From the NCBI RefSeq assembly GCF_009914755.1, contig NC_060931.1: a DNA stretch of 64,000 bases; one strand, given 5' to 3'. The notes beneath the pieces are model-generated. The model was not told the origin of the DNA and did not search any database. It was given only the letters and a program-made list of their open reading frames with translations. The stretch comes from the human T2T-CHM13v2.0 reference genome, Homo sapiens. Below are positions 13,651 to 29,809 of the stretch, piece by piece (position 1 is the first letter of the stretch; each line of letters begins with the position of its first letter). The position numbers and the translations under genes were made by a program.

Positions 13651-14854
13651 CTGGCAGTGGTGTGGTTTTTTTCCTATGTGTGGCCTAGTTGCTATGGGAC
13701 TAGTTAATTTACATGACAATTATCAGGGGTATCACAAGAAGCAGGAAACTCCCAGACCATTGTAGCTTCATTATTTTCTATTTTGAACTAAACTCTAAGC
13801 CAAAGGGAAAGTGAAGCACCTGATTCCCACAAGACAAGAAGGGCATGTGTGAATTAATTATGACCTAGTCATACGGCACTAGAAGCTGCTCTTGGTACAT
13901 TCCCAGGCCCATGCCCTGCACTGCCACACTATACCCATCTCTTTCTGCTCGCCAGTGCTGGGTGGATGACGAGACTGTCCTTGAATTGCCCCTGGGACCT
14001 GGGAAAAGGTGCTATTTAATGGCTGTGGCACCTTACAATTAATGTCATCCTGGAATCGAGAAAATACCGTAGTTAACTGTTTGTAGGGGACCTTCTGTCT
14101 GCTCTTTCACTTCTGAAAAAGGAGTGGGAAAGGCTAAACAGGAGACACAGGGGGAAGATATAGGCCCAGGTATCTCAGGAAAAATGAGCACTTCCCCCTA
14201 AAAATCCCCCCAATCAAAACCAAAACCAGATGGATAGTTCCTCCCCAGGATGTGCTACCAGTCCAATGCAACTCCAGTGCCGGCTGAATAATGAAACAAA
14301 TACAAAAAAGAAACCCCCTAACAACTTAAAAAGGATGGAACGCAGGATCGTGGTAACATTGATCAAATCACATTGATGGCAGGCCTACAAGTTGTGTAGA
14401 CAAGTGAGGGTCGGGGAGAAGTGGTTAAAAAAAATAAATGATAGGACCGTAGTTCTTCAGCCTGCATGTGGGGCACCGGGGAGGGCAAAAAGTCCAGTGG
14501 TTTCTTGGCTCACAAACATTACAAGCCACAGAGGAGGGCAGCTCTGGGGTACACCCTCTTCCTCTGGCCACCCCACTTGTCTCCCAGGCTGGCTCTGCAC
14601 TGCCACCATCACCAGTACCCACCTCAAAGAGCAGCTAAGGCAAAGGTTGGCCATAAGGGCTAGAAGTTCCTCACCACCAAACCCTAGGGACCCATGGGTT
14701 TGTTGTAAGAATATGACAAAGGCAGCTCAGCCAAGAAAGTGGGAGGAAAATTTTCAAAGGGCCACCATCTAGCCCCTGCCTTCTTAAACGCACCGGGAAA
14801 CTTGATTCATGTTTTTGGAGGTAGTGTCACTATCAGGATGATGCCCAGAGCTGA

Positions 14855-15199
<345 letters not shown>

Positions 15200-17326
15200 C
15201 CGCAGCCTTCTCATTAATAAGAAGAGCACTACCATATACTCATTAATAATGAGTATTATTAATGCGCTTTGGTTAAGAGGGTTGCCTCATTTAAGAAGGT
15301 GCTTGTTTAAGAAGATTACATATGGGGTGGAGGCAGCCACTTATAAAGATGAGCAGAAAACCACAGCCACAATGTAAACTAAGCCATTGTTATCTTAGGA
15401 AAATGCACCCCTAGAGAAGGCTTCGGAATTTGAGAAAATAATTCAGGGGGAAAAAAGCAAAGTATCTATGACGCTAATAAACAAACAAATAACAGAAACC
15501 AAATCTTAAGACATCTGTAGTTCCAGCATGGTAAAACAAAGACAATGGTTGCTTTCTCTGGAAAAAAAAAAGATTATTTTTTCCAGGTAAAGTGGGATTC
15601 ATCATAGTGAAATGGTTTACTGACTCTTTCATCCTTTATGCCCCCCAATTTATGTTTTGCCCTAGACCTATCTATTTCCTATGAGTCTCCTATGCAGCAT
15701 TCCCAAATTTGCACCCAGTTTTCAGAAGCGCCTGGCCCTGCAAAGGAGCAAGGGAAAGGTCCTACCCAAACAATCAACGGTATTCCCCGATTCTAGGATG
15801 CCATTAATTGTGAGATGTAACATTAGTTTAACAGCACCTTTTTCTGGGGAGGGGGGAACCCAGAAAGAAAGCCTGGCAAAGTAGCTCTACACATCATGGG
15901 AAGAAGCACTGCGGGTTTAGAAAAGATATAGCTTGGAAGTATCTTTAGAGATTTGTAGCATCTGGGGGCAAGCCTGCACACAGGTTTCTAGCATGTGACA
16001 CTCCAGGAAGGAGTCAGTAACTCTCCGTGATCCCAGATGAAGACATAAGAATCGGCTCCTTGAGAATACTCCGAGGGCCTCCCTAAAGAAAATTGATGCA
16101 GAATGCTGCAGCTTACATGGGATTGGGTTCTAGTGTCAGGGTGGGAGGCGAAAATTCTGTAGGACAAAAACTCCTCTTGAAAGAGTACAGTACACGTAGT
16201 ATGTGGGACAGTGGGCCCTTCCCATGGCCAGTTTCTCCTCCAGAGTTGGGAAACATCTTTGTTTCTTTGCTCAGACACCAGACGAAAGGGTGAGCTAGTG
16301 TCTAGGCCCACGTTCTTAGGAAAAACATGCAGTTTTGTTGTTCTTGTTGCCCACTGCATGTGGCTGAATTTGGATGAGGGCGATGTGACTCCAATGTGAA
16401 ATAGATGCATTTTTGTTTTTGACTCCAAGACCTCTTGGCGCTTTAATGTGCTAATAGCTGCTATGAGGCTCTGGGAGGGGGAGTCTGGCACAGTTTCCCA
16501 AGGGTATGCATCTACCCAAACCCTTGTTCTTCGTATGGGCTCACTGTTCCAGAGAAAGCACTGTTTGGGAGATGCTTCTCTGCTTATGGCTCAGGATAGG
16601 GAGAATTCCGAGATGACCTTTTGAATCAGCGCTGCTAACATTCTTTACTCAGATTTAAATACAGGAATGTTTGTTACCCGAATTCTCCTCGGTGGATACA
16701 GCTCTGAGGAATGGAATGGAGCAGCCTGTATGGCAAGGACACACCAGTGATGAGTCAGAAGCCAGGGGTCACGTTACAGCGAGAGCCCTCCAGCAATCAG
16801 CTGTGGTCAGGGATCAAAGCCATGGCCTCCCCACTGCTCACAGAGGGATGCCTTTCCAACTGCGTCTCAACAGAGTTGGTCATTCTCTTTCAAGCAGCCA
16901 TGTCTTCCAAATGATTGTACTTGCTTACATGTGGAATTTGGCTTATTCATAATTGGTGAGCCAATTTCCCTTCCTTGCTGGCTTCCTTCCTTCTTTCTTC
17001 CAAGATTCTTTTTTTTTTAAGAAAAACAAACAAACAAACAACCCCCCCCCAAAACAAACAAACAAACAAAAAACAGTATATTGGGCATCAACTTTTGAGA
17101 TCCAGCACTCCTTGTGTGGACTCAGGGAATTGAATGGTGAGCCTGACAGGGGTCCTTGTTCCTTGAGAGTGTGAGAGGGGGGAGGGGTGGATAAGTACAT
17201 AAGAATTTGCACCAGCCACCATATATGCTAATATTGGTGAAGCAGAAGGTGCCAACAGCACTTGAATTTGGGATTGGAGGAGTGCTTCCTTCTGCCTGTT
17301 TATCCACCTGTTTATCCCAGACACTT

Positions 17327-17572
17327 TTTTTTTTGAGACATAATCCTGCTCTGTCACCTAGGCTGGAATGCAGTGGCACAATCTTGGCTCACTGTAATCT
17401 CTGCCTGCCAGGTTCAAGCGATTCTCGTGCCTCAGCCTCCTGAGTAGCTGGGATTATAGGCACGTGCCACCATGCCTGGATAACTTTTGTATTTTTAGTA
17501 GAGCTGGGGTTTTACCATGTTGGCCAGGCTGGTCTGGAACTCTTGACCTCAGGTGATCTACCCACCTTGGCC
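17327..17572 (-). mobile_element. 5'-truncated Alu (AluS-like)
   Basis: Stops at ...caccttggcc; perfect 14-bp TSD TATCCCAGACACTT at 17313-17326 and 17573-17586. Confidence 0.95.
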
Positions 17573-17964
17573 TATCCCAGACACTTCTGAGTGTCTACTA
17601 GAAGCCAGGAAAAGTGCTCCCTGGTGGGACTCAGCGATGCCCAAGGAACAGTCCTAGCCTTCAGGAACTCACTGTCTAGTGTTCACAGTGACTCTTCTGC
17701 ACAGTAATCAGTGCTATAGGTCACAGAGATGCAGAGGGCAAAGGAGCCAGCTGACGATTGAGTTGGGTGGCAGCTAAGCCCAGCATACATGCCAATAAAA
17801 CACTGAGGGTACTGCCAGCCTAAAAATGGTGCCTGTTGGTGAAGCAAAAATGAAGTCATCTGTCCTTGGAAAAAAATCTCAAGACACAAATAAAATCACC
17901 TATTGTCAATTGGCTATTGTCAAGGCCAACAACCCTCAGGTTGCTAACTTAGCGACCTCTTCTC

Positions 17965-18668
17965 TTTAGTGTCTTACTCAACCTCTTGGCATTTGACATG
18001 ATCTATGAAACGCTTTCTTCTCTTGGCTTCCGTGTAGTCATTCTCTGCTGCTTTTTCTGCCAAGTCACTGGCCATTCTCCTTCAACCTAACTCTAAATAA
18101 ATGTTGACTCTTCCCTTTCCAATCTAATCCAATCCATTCTGTCAGCAAATTCTGTCAGCTACATTTCCAAAATAGATCTCGAGTTTATCCTTTTCTCTCC
18201 ATCTCCACGGCTACCACGATGATCTGTTACCGCTAGCTATGCATTAGCTCCTTCCGGGTCTCCTGGGCTCCACTGCAGCCAGAGTGAGCTTCAGAAAACA
18301 GAAACCAGATTATGCCTTTCCCTCACTCAATACCCCCCAGTGTCTTAGCACCACACGTAGAGTAAAACCCAACCTTCAGACTCTGTTCTACATGACTCTG
18401 ACATTCTGGTCCTTGTCTACTACTCTGAAGCCCTCAAACGTGCCTTGTTTGTTTTTACTCTTCTGTGTTCTCTGCTGGGACACTCTTGTGACAGCTTTTC
18501 ACATGGCTTGATCATGTATTTGTTTATGTTATTTAACCTACCAGAACATAAGCCTCAAGAAGCCAGGCCCTTATTTGTCTTGTTCACTAATGCATCTGCA
18601 GCATTAGAACAGTGCCTGGCATATAGCAGGTGCTCAATAAATATTTTTCAAATAAACAAATGAATTGA
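17965..18668 (+). mobile_element. LINE-2 3' fragment(s)
   Basis: Ends in the L2 tail 'agaacagtgcctggcatatagcaggtgctcaataaatattt...tgaattgaa'. Confidence 0.75.
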
Positions 18669-18755
18669 AACCATGTGACTCTGGAGAATGTAATCCAAGA
18701 CATTCAGCCTTCAAGAAATAGGCTTTGATGAGATAATAAGTAGAAGATTGTTTCA

Positions 18756-19088
<333 letters not shown>

Positions 19089-19659
19089 GACTAAATAATC
19101 CTAAAGTTATGAAGATCCTATTAATTTATTTCTAAATTTGAACTGAACCATTATATCTGCTGTGTGCTTATTTGCAACATTTCTACTCGATTCACAGAAA
19201 CATGAAAAAAGAGAATTTCACTGAATGGAGGAAATTTATCTACTCTTTGTGAGTCTCATGGATCTGCTCATTTGTTGGGGATAAACAAGAAACTACAGGT
19301 AGAATTTTTAGGAGAACATATGTGGTACCCACTCCATCTCTTCTACAAGCTTCCTTCTTTTTGCTTTCATGTATTTAAAGGTCTATTTCAAATGCTGTGG
19401 TTAAGGCTCTAAACACATTCCCTATTACCAATTTATTTCTCCTTCTCCCTTACCTCAAAATTGTGTTCAAGTTCTCTGCCTATGCCAATAAGCAGAGAAG
19501 ATCAGTGGTGTGGATTAAAATGAGAAAGAGCAATGAAGCTCACCTGCCCCAAGCACCTGTTATTTACTTTTCAGCATCCTACAGGGGATGGAAATGACTT
19601 TTCTGCATCAAAGTTTAGTTATGGTATTGCAGCGAGTTTGAGACACAAAACATATAACT

Positions 19660-19885
19660 GATGTAGTAGTTAAGGCACTCTGGAGTCAGACATTGGAATT
19701 CTGGTTCTGCCAGTTACATCAGCCTGATCTTGAACAAATTTCTTAAGTCCTCCGGGTCTCCCTTTCCTTGAGTGTGAGATAAAGATAACACGACCAGATA
19801 TCACCTTAGGGTGATGGCATGATTAAATAACACATTAAAATGTTTAGCACATAGTAAGTGCTCAGTAAGTGTTTTAGCTTTATTG
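19660..19885 (+). mobile_element. MIR
   Basis: 'gtagtagttaaggcactctggagtcagac...tttagcacatagtaagtgctcagtaagtg'. Confidence 0.7.
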
Positions 19886-21527
19886 CTGTTATTTTTATCC
19901 TGCATTAGGGGAGTGAAAAGTGGGACCAGGTCAACCTGCTATGTTCTGGACCCAGCATTAACTTTAATTTGAGCAGTAGCAAGTCCAAAATATAAAAACT
20001 TGAAGTGAAGCAAAACATGGTCCTACTTAGTCGTAGATTCTCTCGGTTGTAATGCTTGATTTATGGGATAATCCTTCGTTAATCAGTCATTCTGTCATTT
20101 CTTTCCTTTGAGATTTTCCTAGGGTCCATCATAAGGATTTCCTTAGCATCTATAGTGTAACTGCACTTTACTAGGGATGGTGGAAAAATGAAATAAGCAA
20201 AAACAATAGCAGACATTGTTTCTGATCATAAGGAACTCAAAAGATGATATCAATACCAGGAGTTAATTCTGGATTTGGGAAAGACTGATCAAATTCAAGT
20301 TAAAAAAATTCTACTGGTGAAATAAAGTTTGCACAGATTCCTGTGCTCTTGCCAAGTCTTATTAATTAATGTTATCAAACGACAAAGAATATGTTCAATG
20401 AGAATAATTTCCTTTATTTTATACTTCTGATGTTAAAAAAATCTAGTCATATAAAAGACAACTAACAATAACAGTAACAACAATTTAATGTCAGCAAACA
20501 AATCTAACTTAATTGACAAAAAAACCCAAGCCCCACGCAATGGCAATCAACACCTTCAGAAAGGAAGTCTTGGCGGGATAATTAGCAGGTGATAATGCCC
20601 CTGACACTCTGAGAAGCCCAGGGGGCACTGACATCAGGAGGGACTAACTCTCTCTAGGGCTCAGAGGCACACATGGTTTGTCTCTTCCTCAACCAGAGGT
20701 CACCTGGAGATAGACAAAATAAAAAGAACAATTGCAGGGAACCTTGGATCCTCATGATTTAGGCTCCCATGTGTAGCACTGCTGAGACATGCTGTTCTCA
20801 GTATCCAACCAGCATCAGCATCTGGATGTACACAGAAGGATGGGGTGCCAGCCAGGACATGCCATGCCTCACTCCAGGGGTGAGTTTCTGCCACTTATTT
20901 ATTTTTCTGCTCAGCCTCTCTGCTTTAGCTCACAGTTCATTAAATTCTACTGCATCACCATCAACATGAAAAACAGCTACTTGAAGGGCATTCAAAAATA
21001 TAATCAGAAAAGGGAATAAAAAGCCCTCTCTGAGAAGGAGGAAAAAAAATCTAATCCTCTCTTGTCTATTGAATGACATCCAGGTTCTCTGGTTCTAAAC
21101 CATTTTTTTTTTTTTAAGTAGCAGTGACATCCAAGGATTATCTCTGTCTGATGGGCGGGGTGTGCAGCCGTATGGCCTTCTGCTGAGAGGACTAGTGCCA
21201 AGTGTGGCAGACAAATTCTGTGGGATCTGTGTACATGAAGGTGTTATTTCTTTTGCCTTTAAAAAAAAATTATTTTGAAGTGGAAAGGACTGCAATTTTA
21301 TGGACTGCTGTAAGATAACTTGTTTTACACTTTGCATGTATGTGTGATGGGGAAATAATTCCAATGGCTAGCTCTGTGCAAGCTGAAGGAGTCAACTTTC
21401 TACATGCGGCTGTGATTCCACAGAAGTCATTTCTGGGCATAAACACATATTTTACTTTGATAAAAAATTTAAATACAGAAAAGCATGAAATACAGTATAA
21501 TAAACAGGGGCATGTTATATTTTACGG

Positions 21528-21752
21528 CAGTAGTTCCCAACTGGGGGCGATTTTGCACCCTAGGGGCTATTGGCAATGTCCCGAGATGGTTTTGGTTGTC
21601 AAGATTAGGAGTGGGGTAGAGACTGCTATTGCTATCCAGTAGGTAGAGGTCAGAGAAGCCACTCAACATCCTATAGTAAGACACAGAATGAGCCCCACAG
21701 CAAAGAATTATTCAGCCCAAAATGTCCACAGTGCCCATGCTGAGAAACCCTG
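21528..21752. mobile_element. MER20 (hAT-Charlie)
   Basis: 'cagtagttcccaactgggggcgattttgcaccc...caaaatgtccacagtgcc...tgagaaaccctg'. Confidence 0.85.
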
Positions 21753-22381
21753 CTTTACTGTAGGTAGTTATGTAACTATATTAGAAGATAAGGACCCCCC
21801 AAAAAATCCTACTTCTTTCATTTAGGCAAATCAGACAACTCACCATAAACGTTCACCCCAGTTACAAAACTACAACCTGGATCTACCTATTATTTTTTTC
21901 TTTAATTACAATAGTCCAAATTGACTGAAAATACACAATTACTAAAAAGTAATAAAAAATTTTTTTCCAGTATAGGCACCTTGCACCTCCTTGTTTTTGT
22001 CTTACATACATGCCTGTGCACACACACAGAGCATCATCCTCTGCCCTGTCCCTGGATTCTCTCTGGGCTGAGGTAAGTACCCACCACAGCTCTGACAAGA
22101 CGAAGAGTCACAAACATCTCCTTTTCCACAGTAATCACAAGTGAAAACTCTGGACAAGATTTCATTATAAATCTCTGTAGCTTATCCCTCAGTTAATAAT
22201 TGTGAAACTTTTTTTTTAAAGCAAACTTTGTTGTACCACTGTGCTTTCCACATGCAAGTTCCTTTAATCAACATGAAACTTTATGAGATAAACTATTATT
22301 TCCATTTTAATACGGAAACAGAAACACAGAGGCAAAGTAACCTGCCCAAGGTCACACAGGGAATAAGGTGCAGAGCTGGAA

Positions 22382-22682
<301 letters not shown>

Positions 22683-23787
22683 TAGAGCTGGAATTTTAAT
22701 CTATCAAATGGGTCCTAGAGAGGTTACACTCAACCACTAGGCTCACACGCCATGTCAATGCATCAAATTGGGATGGACAGCTACGAGGGACAGAGATGCC
22801 TGCAGAGTGGAACTGGGACTCCCAAGGTAAGGCTTCTTGTTTCTGTTTCCCCCTTTCTACAACTATTCCTAAATAAGCTTATCCATTCACCTAAGGGACT
22901 TTAGAAACAAACTAATCCCTTGAAATCCTAGATCTCGTGGGGAGAAGTTTAAAAAGTGTCTAAAAGGCTGTTGGTACAGACTTAGGAAACAGACCCTAGG
23001 AAGCCATCCCTAATGGGGTGACACAGAACGTGGCTCCAAGAGCACTCCACTTCCATGCCAGGCAAAGGGTCTCCCCAGCAGTGGTTGCACCTGCTTTCTA
23101 CATCTGGGATGCCAGCATGGGGCACACGATCAGGAGCAGAAGGACTGTGGCCAGCCCTGGGCGGGGGGCTCCATGTCACCCCTGTAGGACGCTATGGCAC
23201 AGGCTGGATGGACCTCGGCAGGGAACGCAGAGAGATACTGGAGCTTCACGGCATTTCTAAAAGAGCTGCCATAGGGGCCTAATGTGAATGTAAACCAATA
23301 TTTGCAAAGCCAAGCCCTCAGGACTCCTAGCAAATGTAATCATATTCAGGCCGGCATTTCTTGCCTCCAAGAGTGTGGGAAGCAAAAGATGAATCACAGG
23401 CGAAAGTCTGTGGGCTGACCTCAGCGTGCACATCCTCTGAGACAGGGCAAGAAATGAAGGCAGGAAGCACTTGACTGAATTGGTTTTCCCATTTTTCATA
23501 AGAAACATTCAACTTAATAAAAAATAGCCACAATTTATTGACAATCCTTTCTTTATTCCCTTACCATGTGCCAGAAAACGATACAACCTTTTTCTGTGTT
23601 CTTCACAGGAACTCTGCAAAGCAGGAATTGCCATCCTTATTTTATAGACGAGGAAAAGAAGGCTCAGAAGGTCATATAAGTAGCTCAAGGTCAAACAGCC
23701 CGTAAATGTTAGGATTCTAACCTGCCTCTGTTTGACTCCAAAATTCATGACTTTTCCACTATGACATTCTATTTTTCACACTGGTGC

Positions 23788-24952
<1,165 letters not shown>

Positions 24953-24985
24953 AATTTCTGAAGTCCCCATAACTGACTGGCTAAA

Positions 24986-25008
24986 CACACACACACACAC
25001 ACACACAC
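24986..25008. repeat. (AC)n microsatellite
   Basis: Read directly. Confidence 0.93.
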
Positions 25009-25722
25009 TTTTTTCAATTTAAGTTAAATGACTAGTATACCAAGATCTTGAACACTGCCATGCACCCATGGGAGAAGCGGGAGGTGGCACACATGACAGC
25101 ATGGCAGGAGGGGAAGTGGCACAGGAGAACAGAGTTTTGTGGCTGTTCAGCACGAAGAACTGCATCCAGCTGGGGGCGATGGGGAAAGACGCCATGGAGA
25201 GAAGGGAAGAGAAAATGAACCTTAAGCCTCACATCAGTCACATCATCCCAGCAACCCCCTGAGGCAGGCAGAGTACCCATTTTACAGATGAAGAAATGGA
25301 GGTGAAGAGGGATGAGGTGAGCTGCTCAAGGTTGCACAGTTAGTGGGGGAGTCGTGAATTGCTTTGTCTCATTCCAAAGCCCATGCTGTCTCCTCTACAT
25401 CAACAAAGTTCAAATAATGTTCTGTGGAGCCCTGGCAGGTGGGGGGTGAAAAAAGTTAGGAGAAGGCTGCGTCCATGGGGCTTGGACCCCTGCCCCAATT
25501 TTAACCTCAACAGCTCTGCTTCCCATATATATTTATGGATTGGGGTTTTATATAAGATTCCATTTGAAAGAAAGTTTGGCAGTTAACCACAGGGTGTTGG
25601 CCTGTGCCCAAAATCAGACCTCGGGCAAAGCACTGACCTCCTAAGCCTTAGCTTCCTCAATTACAAAATGGGTATAACATTAACACCCATGTCACAGGGC
25701 TGTTGAAAAGATTACATGCTCA

Positions 25723-26045
<323 letters not shown>

Positions 26046-26161
26046 ACAGATATGGAAAGCACTTGGCACAGTGTCTGGCACTCGGCACACTGGCATTCTT
26101 ATTAACTTGTGGAAAATAGCAAGGCCAGTGCTACAAGGAAAGAGAAAAAAAAAAAGAATAT

Positions 26162-26520
26162 TGCTATGGACTGAATGTTTGCGTCCCTCGCAAATTCCTA
26201 TGTTGAAATCCTACCCGCAATGTGATGGTATACGGAGTTGGGGCCTTTGGAGATAATTAGGTCATGAGAGTGGAGCCCCCATGAAGGGGATTAGTGCCCA
26301 TATAAGAGACCTCAGAGAACTCTTGTTCTCTTTCCACCATGTGAGGACACAGTGAGAAGCTGGAAGTCTGCAACCTGGAAGACAGTCCTCGCCAGAATCT
26401 GACCTTGTTGGCATCCTGACCTCAGACTTCCACCCTCCAGAACTGTGAGAAATACATTTCTGCTGTTTATAAGCCACCTAGTCTATGATACTGTTATAGC
26501 AGCCTGAACTGACTTAGACA
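26162..26520 (+). mobile_element. MaLR solo LTR (MLT1A-like)
   Basis: 'tgctatggactgaatgtttg...ttatagcagcctgaactgacttagaca' with TG...CA termini. Confidence 0.85.
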
Positions 26521-27049
26521 ATCATGAAGCTATTGCAGGAATTTTTAGGGACACTAAAAAGTACTCCCCACAAAGAGCTACAATGGTTCTAACCTCTGCT
26601 TTGCACTCTCTGGGTCTTGATAAATGTAAGTTTGTATTTGTACTAGGACACACACCTAGAGCTGAGGGAGGCCTTGGTGCCTCAATTTGCTGAGTTGTGA
26701 TCATGTCCCCATTGCTGCTTGTCAGCTTGTTCAGCAAGAAGCTTAACGGAGACTGGGCTTTGAGGGACGAGATCAGTAACCCCAAACCCCCAAACTAATT
26801 TACTGCATTGCTCAGAGCTCCCAAAGCCATGGGCTGTCCCCTAAGCTGACTCTTGGCTCTTATGCCAAGAGCCCCAGGGTTGGGGGAGGCAGGTGTATCA
26901 GCTCTGCTAAACACCAGAGCCTCCTCCCTTGGCAATCTGGGACCTTTCCCCTGGGAAGAACTCTGCAGGGGACAGCGGGGTCCCATGTTTTGGGTCCCTT
27001 TCAGGATCCTTCCATCAAAGACTCCAGTGAATTAAGCTCTCAGTGAAGA

Positions 27050-27362
27050 TTTTTTGGGTTTCGTTTTGTTTTATTGTTTGTTTCTCTTGAGACAGGGTCT
27101 TGCTCTGTTGCCCAGAATGGAGTACAATGGCACAATCATAGCTCACAGCAACCTCGAACTGCTGGGCTCAAGCAGTTCTCCCCCTCTGCCTCTCCAGTAG
27201 CTGAGACTTACAGGTATACCACCACACCTGGCTAAATTTTTTTTTTAAGAAATGGGGTCTCACTATGTTGCCCAGGCTGGTCTCAAACTCTTGGCCTCAA
27301 GTGATCCTCCTGCCTTGGCCTCCTAAAGTGCTCGGATTATAAGTGTAAGCCATTGAACCCAG
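27050..27362 (-). mobile_element. Alu (AluJ-like)
   Basis: Both arms, degenerate T tail, TSD-like cagtgaa. Confidence 0.9.
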
Positions 27363-29162
27363 TCCCAGTGAAAGTTTTGATGGCTTACAATAGAATGCAA
27401 CCCCTTGTTCCGTGCCTATAACAGCTGCACATCCTTGTGAATTGAGTGAATGAAAATCATATTCAGGATGATGTAGCCTCTGCGTTCTCACAAGACGCAC
27501 AGAAGCACTGGTCACGGAGCTTCTATGCCTGGTCACTGAACCACTGGCTGGGTGGGACCTTCTTGCCATGGCTCTGCTTTGGATTCTCCACCTGTCATCT
27601 CAGCTGGTGGTACCACCACCAGGCTCTGACAGTTTCTCTTTGGAGAGGTTTAACCCTTTCTCTCTTCCAGGCAGTGGCGAGGGTCATTTGGTACAGAGCA
27701 CTAGGCAAGAAGGTCAACTTGTGCCAGGCACACGACTTGCTCCTTTCCTGCTCAGTCTGCCAGAATGAACATGTCAGAGCTGGACACACCCACAGAAGTC
27801 ATCTTCCCATGGTAGGGACAAGGAAACCAAAGCCCTGAGACATCAAGCAAGTAGCCCGAGGACACAGTGCTGGCTGCAGGGAGGGGCAGAAGACTTGGCC
27901 TCTGACCAAACCTCCTCCTATAGCGCTTTCTAGGGCCCTTGCTTTGCCTTGTGCTGGTTTGAAAGTCCTGGACTCACTCCCAGAGGTGCTCCGTAAGCCT
28001 GAATTCTACACATTACAAACACAAAATATGCCTACAGTATATACACAGATACAGATTATATATATGTAGATATGTATATATCATATACATACATATACAC
28101 GTGTTTGCAGTTGATAATTTGTATATAGAGAGACTGTTAAAGAGCTTGGATAAGCTCAACTCCCTTTATTTTATTATAGAATAATGATAACTGAAGAGGT
28201 GGGGAAAAGTCAGAAATTCGGAATGTGAGAAAGGGGAAATGTGCGTAATTTGCAAAAGCATATTCAATATTATAATTGCTTTGACTTTTTTTAGGCACAA
28301 TAGAATGTACTTCGAAACCTTAATGGTAAGGAGGGCATTCAGATTTTATGTTCATCAAAAGGGAATACAGCTTAAATAAAAAGATTGGGAGATACTGTGC
28401 TGGACTCACAGCATATTACAGCTTTGGAAATTGTCTAATCCAATTCCCTGCTATAGATAAGGAAACTTCCACCCAGAGAGGTTAAGTGACTTCTAGTCTA
28501 AGGCCAAATGGCTGTTTATTCATCCCCGGGGTGGGGCAGCCACGTGGACTTTATCTGTTCTGTCCATGGTTTGTTGATGACCAACTGAAGGAATTTATTA
28601 CATCAAGGATGTTTAGAGACGGAAAGCAGTTCCCAACCCCACCTGGGATTTTTTTTAACAAGGAGGATTCTTGGGAAAGGTGAATTGGAATGTAAGGTTT
28701 TACTGATGCACCATTTCCTTGGGGCAGCACCCCAGTGGGCCACACACTGGGCTGTGCTTGGCCGCAGCCCTCCTTTTTGTAAGTCTCGGGGAGACTCTCT
28801 CCTGACCCTCTTTCAGGGGGAGAAAATGTCTGGCTGCAGGAGCGACTCCTTAAGCAGCTCTCCCCTCCCCTGGTCACCTGCAGAGGCCATCGCTAGGCTG
28901 GGCAGATGGCTTCAGTCTAGTCCCATCGACCGAGACAAGTTGCAGGTTTTCTCTCATTTGTTCTGACAGGACTGCGGATTTCAGCAGAAGGACTACAGCT
29001 CCTAAAACAGCCTGCGAGCAGAGGCAGCAGCCCAGGAAGACTTTACCCACAGCCTCAGGCTGAGACAAGACATGGCGAGACCCTGTCGGGGAGCCCAGGG
29101 GAAGGCGACTGTCCCCAGGGCGGCAGCTGCAGATGTGGCCGACGGTGCAGGGGTCCACTTAC

Positions 29163-29267
29163 CGCAGTGCGACTGGAAAACCTGTGGCTTGACGACCTGG
29201 TTACAGGCACTGCACACTACGAGATAGAAGTCGTCATGTGCTGGGTAATGGCCAAATAAGTGCATAT
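29163..29267 (-). CDS. ATXN7L1: ATXN7L1 internal coding exon (105 nt, phase 1-1; probably exon 3) encoding most of the N-terminal Sgf73-type zinc finger
   Basis: Acceptor ...ttttcatttcccccacag|AT ATG CAC (AG at 29269-29268) and donor TGC G|gtaagt (GT at 29162-29161). Translation (D)[34 protein letters not shown] has C-x2-C-x11-H and resembles ATXN7 [21 protein letters not shown]. CpGs locally retained. Confidence 0.95.
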
Positions 29268-29809
29268 CTGTGGGGGAAATGAAAACAAGTGTGTTTTGAA
29301 AAAGCAATTAAGTCTCAGAAGGTGTACAGTTTCCTCTTGGAATTTCTTCAAGGACAGTTTTTCAAACACAACACGCAGAAAGGCAATAATCTTTACTAAC
29401 GGGAACTCGGTTTGTCATAAGGCAACTCCCCGCCTCTTAGAGAAGCAAGTGCTTCAGAGAATCCCTCCTTATTTCTCCCCTGGAAATGCACTGCGGCTGC
29501 TCCTGATTCAGTCTGTGGTGTCGAGGGGCTGCTCTGAGTCACATGCTATGGGAATCACCCTGTCCTGAGAGAACCCACATGTTAGCTGGGATTCACACAC
29601 TGAGGCTCTATATAGCTCAGGATGCGGGGAACTCCCCCAAACCCATTCCTGCATAAGCAGCGGTCCCTCAGGGAAGTGAGAGGTGTCTGGCTGGGGACAG
29701 AAGAAGTCATTTGGCCTCGGCAGTGCCTGGGTTTCCCCATCACTTGAGGGACATGCTAAGGCTGAAGGAGTCTGCTGAAGAAGTGGCTCATTTGCTGCCA
29801 TCATTACCC

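Noticed and set aside
29002-29307. 101-aa ORF as a stand-alone gene
   Set aside because: Only 29163-29267 is exon, bounded by AG/GT; the upstream part is the polypyrimidine tract. The downstream part is treated only as a possible read-through
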